Assembly (NCBI GenBank): GCA_051294375.1
Contig: CM119264.1
Span: forward strand, 20,426,248 to 20,490,247
DNA length: 64,000 nucleotides
Direction of reading: 5' to 3'
DNA from: Paraspadella gotoi
Taxonomy: Eukaryota; Animalia; Chaetognatha
Position numbers and translations under genes: made by a program
Shown here: positions 36,401 to 64,000 of the stretch, piece by piece
How the letters are laid out: each line of letters opens with the position of its first letter
Position numbering within the stretch: the stretch's first letter is position 1
Notes under the pieces: generated by a model
Database searches by the model: none
Seen by the model: the letters and a program-made list of their open reading frames with translations, nothing else
What the model was told of the DNA's origin: nothing

Positions 36401-38553
36401 GTCGCATGATAGGTCCTCGAGGTAACTGAACGCGCGGGTTTTCGTGTAACTAGGTCGGAACGCGGTCGTCGGCGACGCATTCAGGAAACGCAAGTCCCGT
36501 AGTTTCTCGGGATTAGACGGCAGAAACAAGAGCCTCTCCTCACGCGCCGCGAATCTCGACACCAAAAGTTTTAAAAGTCGAGAGCCGAGAGTGCCTCGAC
36601 CCCAAACCCCGCTAAAGCGCGCAAGGTCCCAAACCCCGCTCAAGCGCTCCAGGTCCCAAACTAATCCCCGCGTCTCCGCTCCGGATTTCGCAGGAAGTCA
36701 CGTGACCCGGCGAAAAACCTACGACGATCTTCGAAAGTGAGACGCGGATGAAAACGAGAAGTATAAAAAAATATATTAAAATCGATGGGATATAAAAAGA
36801 GCATACAACAAAGAGGTTATGAAAAAATGACCTACAAAAAATAAAAAATGATACCTTTGAGATGAAATTTATTCTTGTCATTGATTCTCTATCATTTCTC
36901 TTAACTCATTATCATAATCTTTCCTTCAGATTCCTTTCATCTCAGGCCCCAGGATCAGATTTACAAATTACCGACGAATTTGAGCTTATCTCTAATATTA
37001 AATCCGGTAAATAACCCTGCCCTTATTTGATACTCCTTAACTTTACCGAAATGACCCAAACAAGTCCTCGCGCGAAAGTAAGATACTCACCAAAAAGAGG
37101 CTCGCTTACAGATCGAGGCTCGAATCCAGAACAAAGCCTCGTAAATAAACGTGGCGGGAATCCTGAACGAGGTTTCCGAGATAAGAGCCGCAGTCGCAGT
37201 AAATCAATGGAGCGATCCGCGGTGGATCGCGCCAAGGCAAGAAGGCTTTCTTCGTTGCTAAAAATATCAAGCACCACTATTTCTTGTTTTCCCTTTCCAT
37301 TTTTTCTTGTTTATCCCTTTACGGCCGCTAAACCTGCATCGCTTGTTATCTCGATGTGAATGTGTAATCTAAACGGCGATATCTACACACGAATCGGCAC
37401 CGTTACTCACGTTATCTACTCCGATGCACATTTAACAATGGACTTTTTACATATTACTTCGAATAACAGACAAAAAATCACCTCGTTACTTTCAATACAA
37501 GGCAAGTAGCATGCGTGTAATGCTCTTTTTTTATATTTACTTTTCTTTTCCCTTGTATCCTTTTTGTTTGTGAAATTTCCTGTCTTTTTCATCGTATACC
37601 TAATCTATATTGTTTTGACAGTATTCATGATCGTTTCTAAGAATATATGCTATGTGATAACATGAAGTTTATCTAAATATTTAACATGCTTTTATTGTCC
37701 TCGCTTAAGATAAGATTATTTTTTCTTTTTAATGCCAACAAACAGAAGAAAGAAATTGTACCCTGCAACCCTTATGCAGTTCTTTACACCTTTTCCCCTA
37801 AGGATGCGGACGATTTGGGATTAAGGTAAGTATACCAATTTTCATATGTCAAAACTTTCGTTTGCGTTGCACTTTTACCATTTTTAGGGCTGGAACCCAA
37901 GTGAACGTTTTGGATACAAACAACTTAGAATGGTGGAAAGGGCAGTACCAAGGAAAAACTGGGTACTTTCCAGCGTCGTACGTACAAAGGATTTATCCGG
38001 GTATGGTGAAAATTTCTTTTTTTTTAAATTTTTTTTAGAATTTTTATTTCATAATCGAAGTAAAACTGAAGCGGGATTCCATTCCAACTATTTAAAGTTT
38101 ATTAAATTTTGAAATACTAAACAAACAAACAAAAAAACAAAAAAACAGGCGAGCGTATTCTTCAAGTGACGCAGTCCATTCAGATCCAAGATGGCGACAA
38201 AAACGGACTATTACTTCGCAGAGAACAGGTGACGATTTTTAAAACGAATGCGACAATTGAGCTTGAGTTTATTTTTAGTTATTATCGTTAGATAGATGTG
38301 GGATTGTGGGTGCTTTAACCGGAAAGGGAAGCGAGGGCTCAGATGTGTTTTTTAGCTACGAATGAACTTAGTAGTACATTTATAAAGATCGGTTCTCATA
38401 TACGTACGTGGCTCTAATTTTTGCTTCTTACATTTTTTTTTGCAGATTGTCATACAAATGACAGAAGAACGCAACAGTATTGTTTTGATTAGAGCAGGCG
38501 ATAAGAGGGGAATGTGTCCCGTTAAATACCTTCAGGAGGTCGCAACTATTTGA
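4066..38553 (+). CDS. STAC: STAC/Dstac-like SH3 adaptor, 3' part (multi-exon; 5' exons incl. C1 domain not seen in window)
   Basis: Phase-consistent exon chain: 4066-4123, 19094-19148, 19214-19381, (33063-33254), 36454-36736, 36930-37006, ~37112-37198, 37470-37501, 37746-37825, 37888-38000, 38149-38228, 38446-38553(TGA). The last four exons give a STAC-type tandem SH3. Linkage of the upstream low-complexity exons is inferred from phase only. Confidence 0.75.
4369..4964 (-). pseudogene. Decayed or downstream exons of unknown gene
   Basis: MDWINRGDGRTEHENTLLDMQNLVLGTRFADIPHTTNDYFHELRQFPHITIDIG (4932-4772, GTAAT donor) is phase-compatible with exon 4477-4369 (TTTGCAG acceptor; ELLTCVNLGLSTAADAARWAGGMNWGYNPDGPQEK*). 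Intervening and upstream frames carry stops. Confidence 0.4.
6037..6228 (+). repeat. 5'-truncated retroposon-like repeat family (common 3' end ..GGTTGTACCAATTTCAT)
   Basis: Other copies at ~7832-7866, 13520-13710, 15000-15056(-), 17490-18186(-), 41076-41120, 42410-42661, 54253-54520(-), 59455-59513. Confidence 0.75.
6429..9795 (-). CDS. Six-exon gene for uncharacterised, probably secreted/anchored protein with AOC/dirigent-barrel-like C-terminus; in-frame TGA at 6600-6602
   Basis: Exons 9795-9076, 8997-8868, 8816-8770, 8092-7982, 7809-7629, 6793-(6600 TGA / 6429 TAG), all GT-AG and phase-consistent. Hydrophobic N-terminal stretch, several NxS/T sites, RRKR site. Confidence 0.65.
6812..7402. 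mobile_element. hAT-type MITE (~590 bp), copy 1
   Basis: TIR TAAGGCGTAGTAAAA. 8-bp TSD ATGTTCAA/ATGATCAA (7/8). Confidence 0.85.
8110..8590 (+). mobile_element. Tandemly duplicated tRNA-derived SINE-like heads
   Basis: Two ~220 bp units, each with A-box-like TAGC.CACTGG and B-box-like GGTTCTA.CCC, followed by shared body (GGTAGCAAG..GAAGTTCCGGAAAG.AAGGCAACTGACG). Confidence 0.65.
10131..11003 (-). mobile_element. Helentron-associated (HINE/DINE-1-like) element, family 1
   Basis: GTTTG-AG-CAAAC stem-loop + subTIR GTCGGATCTGC, duplicated core, (GGAC/AGAC)n microsatellite, truncated terminal palindrome. Confidence 0.8.
11167..11258. repeat. (AG)n microsatellite
   Basis: Pure dinucleotide run. 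Others at ~19151-19184, 28285-28390, 30245-30301, 43450-43518, 44917-45010, 58845-58875. Confidence 0.98.
11397..12345. mobile_element. Tc1/mariner-type MITE (~950 bp)
   Basis: TA|CACTGCGGCGCAAAAAAA ... TTTTTTTGCGCCGCAGTG|TA. Confidence 0.85.
15126..16016 (-). mobile_element. HINE/DINE-1-like element, family 1, complete
   Basis: Same ends as the 10131 copy. Terminal palindrome GATCTGCTGATAAGCAGATC, A-run flanks, no TSD. Confidence 0.85.
16201..16790. mobile_element. hAT-type MITE, copy 2
   Basis: Same family. TSD TTATACAT/TTATACAA. Confidence 0.85.
17567..18137. mobile_element. hAT-type MITE, copy 3 (inverted relative to copy 2), inserted in a retroposon-like repeat
   Basis: TSD TTGGACAG/TTGGACAC. 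The flanks rejoin into the 6037-6228 repeat family. Confidence 0.85.
19094..19381 (+). CDS. Two exons (19094-19148, 19214-19381) of low-complexity linker, probably STAC-like gene
   Basis: TTGCAG/GTGAG and CCCAG/GTGAG sites. Reads SASETRDKARSKRSGAMPGDGSFDDSEEGSISGRRSATSEEAALAAEATPYDLGG...APQ. GC-rich coding composition. Confidence 0.7.
20100..20376 (+). repeat. 5' LTR
   Basis: Starts CAACG, ends CGTTG. Contains CCAAT and two AATAAA. Confidence 0.9.
20377..20390 (+). promoter_or_regulatory. Primer binding site (tRNA-Ile-like, tentative)
   Basis: TGGTGGCTCACC abuts the LTR end. TGG is complementary to tRNA 3' CCA. The tRNA identity is an inference. Confidence 0.65.
20933..22368 (+). pseudogene. 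Frameshifted ORF of the LTR element: RanBD/PH-like domain, charged linker, basic cluster, TQT-motif array; interrupted by hATm
   Basis: Overlapping ORFs 20933, 21078, 21479, 21886, 22205 join by single-base shifts, mostly at A-runs. The frame resumes after the hATm TSD (24388+). Confidence 0.65.
22050..22170 (+). repeat. ~39 bp coding tandem repeat x3
   Basis: caaatagca.tacaatggcaacacaaactgatgaacccc units, encoding PNSxTMATQTDEP. Confidence 0.85.
22369..24379 (-). mobile_element. Internally deleted hATm-type DNA transposon
   Basis: ~125 bp imperfect TIRs starting TAGACACATTTTTTTCCGCAACAAATG and 8-bp TSD GTATTTAT (22361-22368, 24380-24387). Minus-strand transposase fragments HHARWM..LY.LK, LH.EYLS...ILAL, NDAAER.VK..DY, EEHRR..P are typical of hATm transposases. 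Confidence 0.92.
25767..25776 (+). promoter_or_regulatory. Polypurine tract
   Basis: GGGAGGGGGG, 3 nt upstream of the 3' LTR. Confidence 0.8.
25780..26100 (+). repeat. 3' LTR
   Basis: Starts CAACG, ends CTTTG. Has a ~44 bp segment absent from the 5' LTR. Confidence 0.9.
26400..26580. repeat. 18-19 bp tandem repeat (ttttttcaacttgcatca)
   Basis: About nine degenerate units. Shorter array at ~30483-30540. Confidence 0.85.
26997..29606. mobile_element. Second HINE-like family nested in family 1
   Basis: Inverted ATCGAGCCT...AGGCTCGAT, terminal palindrome GAGCCTGAC..GGCTTCGCC..GTCAAGGCTC, 21-22 bp tandem array and (AG)n. Related copies at 1-1340 (inverted) and ~60200-60730. Confidence 0.55.
31835..32283 (+). 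CDS. Candidate alternative terminal exon (Pro/Ala-rich, basic clusters)
   Basis: CACAG acceptor in phase 1, matching the 19381 donor. Open to TGA at 32281-32283 (..KKKKFAFTFGRNKKKKSG..RRLSRQKTLSDE*). AATAAA near 32405. Confidence 0.65.
33063..33254 (+). CDS. Candidate symmetric (phase 1-1) cassette exon
   Basis: TTCAG acceptor, GTAAAT donor, 192 nt open frame (EFVRTFLGLDSS...AEAKRP). Confidence 0.45.
36454..37501 (+). CDS. STAC: Arg/Ser-rich linker exons of STAC-like gene (36454-36736, 36930-37006, ~37112-37198, 37470-37501)
   Basis: Phase-consistent open frames (RKRKSRSFSG..PQTPLKRARSQTPLKRSRSQT). The last exon ends on an AG|GCAAGT GC donor in phase 0 with the first SH3 exon. Boundaries of the 371xx exon are uncertain. 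Confidence 0.65.
37746..38553 (+). CDS. STAC: Tandem SH3 exons of STAC-like gene
   Basis: Spliced translation: KKEIVPCNPYAVLYTFSPKDADDLGLRAGTQVNVLDTNNLEWWKGQYQGKTGYFPASYVQRIYPGERILQVTQSIQIQDGDKNGLLLRREQIVIQMTEERNSIVLIRAGDKRGMCPVKYLQEVATI*. This has the SH3 motifs (ALY-type start, WW, GYFP) and the STAC-specific second SH3 pattern (GER..QVT, L.R.QIV, CP.KYLQEV). All introns between these exons are GT-AG with matching phase. Confidence 0.93.
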
Positions 38554-39436
38554 CGTTTGTTTTCCTATCCCATTTTTAAAGATTTCTTTATAATCCCAAT
38601 GCTTGACGCAAAAAATTAAAGGTTAATGTCAGATTTGTTTTCAACTATGATAAAAAAATATTTGTTTTAAGCTAACTGGCTGGACGCTGTTTTTTGTCGT
38701 AATCAGTGCAGTAGCTATGCGTCGTAATGTTGTGTGCTGTGAGACCTTTCTACATTTCCGCCCAAAATACAATTACAAAAAAAAAGCAAACAAAGGAAAA
38801 CAAGTCCCTGAAATCGTCCCTCTTTGCTATCCTCTTTATTTGTTGTTGATAACAGTTTTGCTCGTGAATGTAGTCCTTTGAATTTTTATTTCGTTATAGC
38901 ATCAAAGAGATTCTTTAGTTGCCAAAACTTAAGTATGGTATTAGAGATTAAATACATTAATATTCTAATTCATAGAAAAGCTTAGATGACGATGTAACAT
39001 CACAATTCCGAACAAAATTTGTCACTTTTTTCTTACAAATCCACACCGATTTATAGTTTTCCTTGGTTTTGGTGCACAGTTACTATTTAAATCTACAATC
39101 ATTTATAACGAAACAAAGTAATTTCGATTTTACGGACGCGAAAAAGGCCTTATTAAGCTTCTTCTTTTTTATTGAATCTCTTTGGCATTTTTAAATAAGA
39201 AATTGAGTTGCCACAGACAAGGGAATAGATTGAAAAGACGTCATCATCGTTGTCAGAAAGTCGCTGTGACTCTTGTCTGCTTATTATGTAAAAAATTATT
39301 TATGACTGGCGCTCGTCCACCCGACTAACGCAAGTCAAATTGAAATTTACTCGGTTTTAAGTATTATTGGAATGAAACTTGCTGTTTTATCATTTATTTA
39401 TTTATTTGTGACATGTTCGTTTCTCTATTACATGGT

Positions 39437-39442
39437 AATAAA
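39437..39442 (+). terminator. Candidate polyadenylation signal of STAC-like gene
   Basis: AATAAA about 0.9 kb after the stop, followed by GT/T-rich sequence. Confidence 0.4.
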
Positions 39443-42227
39443 AGAAATCAAACAAATCTTGTGTTTATAGCTATATTAATATTGGCTATCTATTGTATTC
39501 GTTGTTGAACTTCATTAGGTAGTTAGCTATGTAAAGTAAATTAGAATCGATGTGACATTTGAGGGTATAAAACAAAACCGAACTCGAGACGGCCAAAGTT
39601 TCAACGCGGATGGCGGAATACGTATGTATTCTTTGGTTATAAAAATTTCATATTTTGCCATAATATAAGAAGCATAAAATAATAAAAATTTAAATAACGA
39701 CTTCCCTATTTTGACTCGTATTCGACGACTTGTGGATTCTATTTGTATATTATGTATAATGAATAATAATTTTGCTAAATTGGGTCAAAGACCCATCAAT
39801 AACTGGCAAAGAAGTAAAAGAAAAAATAACTTAAATAGCGATACGTAACTATATACGATACCTGTTCTATAAGAAAAACGAAAAGAATAAAAAGAAATGA
39901 AATGAAAGAAATAAAAGAAATGAAAAATTTAAAAATAATTTTCTTTTTGTTTAAATAATTTTTTTCTGTCTTTGACAAGCTCTTTTATTTCTCATTTCTT
40001 CGAGGAAAATAACTGAACTTTGTCTTCGGTTGTTCGAAGCAAAAGACGACGGCGTTTTCGATTCACTTGTTCGTCCTCGTGGGATCGATTTGACGCGAAT
40101 ATTAATGAATTCAAAAATGTGGATTCTCCCTCTGCTCTGTCGTGCCCGCTACGCAGAACGCACGACTCGATACGCGGTCAGCCGCTCCGCTCTTCAAAAC
40201 ATTCTTTGCTAATGGAAAACTAACTGTAATTTCGAGAGTCTGGAGTGGAAGCTATCGAAACAAAAAAACTTTTAGTGGCCGAGTGATGGGAGAATTCATT
40301 AAAGTCGTTGATGGAGTTGTTCTTTTTGTGAATGTTGCTTCTTTCTTTCTAAGAAACAACCGAGAAATTTCTTCCTTCACAAAATTTACCACTTTGAGTT
40401 GATTAATGATCGTTTGGACATCAAGAACACATCAACATATTCGATAAGAACGCCGTGGTCGAGCTTTTCCTGTCTAAAAACTTATTTTTGTTTATCTCTC
40501 TCTATCTCTCTCTCTCTCTTTTTCTTTTTCTTTTTCTTTTTCTTTTTCTTTCCCTCTTTCCCTCCCTCCCATCTCTTCCTATCTCTTTTCATTTCTCCCT
40601 GTATAAAGACTATCTTTCCGTCTTTCTAAAATGAGTGATGATGAATTTCTTCAAATCCTTCCCATTTTATCTCGATTTAAAGCGATTTTTTTTTAAATCA
40701 AAATTCGTCTCAAATATTTGGTTTATTTTTGAGCGTTGCGAACATTTTTTTCACCTCATAGTTTATGAATAATATATAAAATTTATAAGGTCCGTACTTC
40801 AAGCTTCACTCATGTACAAAAAAAATCCCCCACTTTATAACTTTAAATTCCAGATGACCAATGAGAATACTTTTAAGAAAAAATTATATTTAAAAAAATG
40901 ATTGATATGTATATATTTTATTAAAATCAGTCAAATAATTTAAGATATATGATTTTTTAAACTGGAGTTTTCCAAAAAAAGATGGGAAAATGTAATTAAT
41001 TCTAAAGCTTTTAGTGCATTTTTTTTCATTTTAAGCAACTACAACTACAAGTACAAGGAATAAAAAATATAAAGCCAGGGGCAAGATACCTTATTTATTA
41101 AATGAATGTATACCAATTTCATACTTAGTGTCAATAAATCTAATAGTACAGATACAAATGTAGATTATTTAGAGAAATAAATTTAAGCAAAAAACTACAA
41201 AGTCAGGGTTATATATTTAAGGACTTAAGAAAAATGGGAAATAAATTTTTCAATAATTATAAGGAACTAATAAAAAAAATATAATGTTATTTTTGTTAAT
41301 CTATTTTCAAAAAAGATTATACATGATAGTTCCTAGAAAAAAGAATAAGGAAAAAATAACAACATTAAACCACTAAATAATAATAATAATAATACTAACA
41401 TCAACCATATTATTTAAATAACTTATTTAACTGATTTCATACTTTGATTTAACTAATTTTTAACTTTTTCTAATTAACTTAATGTTAACTTTACATTAAC
41501 ATACCATTAATTATTTAACTTATTATTTAACCAATATTTAACTTATTTAAATTATTTACAATTTACAAATTATTACAAAACCTTAATAAATTTCTCTTAA
41601 ATTAATAATACTGTGATGCCAGAGCTTTGGTCTGTTAAAGATAAACATTCAAAATTTACCTTTAAAATATAAGATATATACCTGGATATTGGGATTAAAG
41701 AGCCGAAATCCATGAAGGGTATAGGTTCACAACTGATGACCTTCCCATTGTATAAACATAAAAGATAAAAAATATTCAAAAAAGAAATAATTAAAAAGTA
41801 GAATAAAGTATTTAAAGTATTTTAAAATTATATCATGACATAAAGGTGCCCCTATAGACCTTTCCCCAGTATGTATCCCTATCAGAACATACAATTCTAC
41901 ATGGTAGTCTTATCCCTATTGGTAAAAAAATCATATATAACGTTGGTCCCCCCTCAAAAAATTATCCATTCCCACCCCTTTCTGTTCAGCCTCTTAGATA
42001 TTATGATTTTTCATTAATGACTTTCTAAATGATGTGTGATATCTATTAGGACAGATAGTAATCTTACCTTGTGTTGTATAGATGCTCCCTCTATTTCCAG
42101 AAGACAACACTGACTTCCCCTTCCCAAATTGAATTATTAGATAAATAAAACATTTTTAAAAAAGAAAGCAATATTAAATAATATAGATTAAATACTTTGT
42201 GATGTAAACCTTTCTTTTTCGTTGCGT

Positions 42228-42293
42228 TAATTAGAAGAGTTTGAAATTATTGTCAATACATTCGTTGACAATAATTTCAAACTCTTCTAATTA
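42228..42293. repeat. Perfect 29-bp-arm hairpin, 8-nt loop
   Basis: TAATTAGAAGAGTTTGAAATTATTGTCAA-tacattcg-TTGACAATAATTTCAAACTCTTCTAATTA. Confidence 0.95.
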
Positions 42294-42409
42294 GATTAAA
42301 TACTAAATCCTGCATAAAAATATTAAAATATAAAAATAGAAAATAGTGAAACAAGTAATTTGCAAATTTTCATAAAATTCAGCTCCTTGTATTTTGATGC
42401 TGGTGCGAA

Positions 42410-42661
42410 GTACCCGATCTAATACTTAAGGGAGTGGTCTTTTCATACAATTGAAACATTTTTTGAAATATTATACCACTTCATTGATAGAGAAGCCAGG
42501 TACTCTGGGAGTGAATAAACGAGACTGTAAGAGAATATTGATTGAAAGCTTGCTATCTCATTATCTTGTAAGTGTGATGGAGGCCTTAAACCACCAAAGG
42601 GGCAAAATAGCTTACTTATTAAATGAATGGATAATTTTTATATTGGTTGTACCAATTTCAT
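42410..42661 (+). repeat. Long copy of the same retroposon-like family
   Basis: Reverse complement of 54253-54520. Confidence 0.8.
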
Positions 42662-43445
42662 AAGAAAAAAGATCAGAGTTTTTTTATGTTTTGCTTTACT
42701 ATAGAGTACTTAACTTTAAAAAAATACTGCTTTTAAAAGGATAGCCCGATTTGTAAAAAAATTATACCGAATTTTTTTAAAAATAAAAGTATACAGGATG
42801 TTATATAAAGGCTGATATAAAGTTGCGCGGTTTTTTTGCACATGACTCTACTATTACGTGAAAAAAACACCGATTTTGACGTTTGAAATTTTTTTTCCAA
42901 GCGGGATTAAAATCAAATGCTAAGAAGCAAGAATAAATGTTTTAAAAACTATTTTGGGGATTCAAAAACACGAAGCAGGAATATTGATTATAATTTGAAT
43001 TGTATTTTATTATACAATTTAGCTTTTTTTGTAAATATTATTTAAAGTTCAACGGTTCGAAAATAACAACATAATTATTTTTATGTTTTTCGTGAATTAT
43101 TTCGATAAAGTCTCGTTGAACATTTGAAAAATAAGTCAACTCACAGAAAAAATCATAAATCAATGACACATATTCTCTTAGAAAGAATGAAATGAGTTCG
43201 TTGCTCTAATTTTCGGTTTAATTCGGAACTTAAATTCTAGCTCTTGTACATTCAATTAAGTGGGGGTGGATTGGCGGTCACTGTCGCCGTCTCTGCCGAT
43301 CATTGGATGATTCATCTTCTTCAACGACAATAATTTCTGAACAGAATCGCGTTACGATTCCCGTTTCAGCAAAAAAATAATCGTTCACGAATGGAGACAA
43401 TCAAATTAATACCTACTGCCAGCAGAGACAGTGCTTGTGCGCTAG

Positions 43446-43519
<74 letters not shown>

Positions 43520-43647
43520 GAAGAGTCGCATCGTTCACGAACTTCCGTGCTGAGAAACTTTTTTTTTCCCATTTTTTATTAGCCCAACGAGGATTTTTGA
43601 AACAAATTTTTTTAACCGTCGTTTATTCTTTTGCGAGTATAGTTTAA

Positions 43648-64000
<20,353 letters not shown>

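Noticed and set aside
40020-40402. Short overlapping ORFs in a CpG-rich patch
   Set aside because: No recognisable motif or splice-consistent exon. It could be promoter/UTR sequence but I cannot support a call.

Overview
AT-rich animal (probably invertebrate) nuclear DNA with spliceosomal introns, abundant (AG)n/(CT)n microsatellites and dense nested transposons. No prokaryotic features. I reconstructed two host genes on the + strand by hand from splice sites and reading phase. The first is the 3' part of a STAC/Dstac-like adaptor (tandem SH3, stop at 38553), whose introns hold most of the first 36 kb. The second is the 5' two-thirds of a divergent TRPC-family channel (43648 to the window end). 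Inside a STAC intron on the - strand lies a 6-exon gene for a probably secreted protein with an AOC/dirigent-barrel-like C-terminus broken by an in-frame TGA, plus further decayed coding fragments. The most unusual object is a young LTR element (20100-26100). It has CA...TG rather than TG...CA ends, a CTAG TSD, a PBS and a PPT, no recognisable gag/pol, and one frameshifted ORF combining a RanBD/PH-like domain with an array of TQT (LC8-type) motifs. It sits in a multi-level TE nest (Tc1-like MITE > LTR > hATm; MITE > Helentron-type HINE > second HINE). All domain assignments come from motif recognition by eye, not from searches. Sequence quality appears to drop after about 59 kb.
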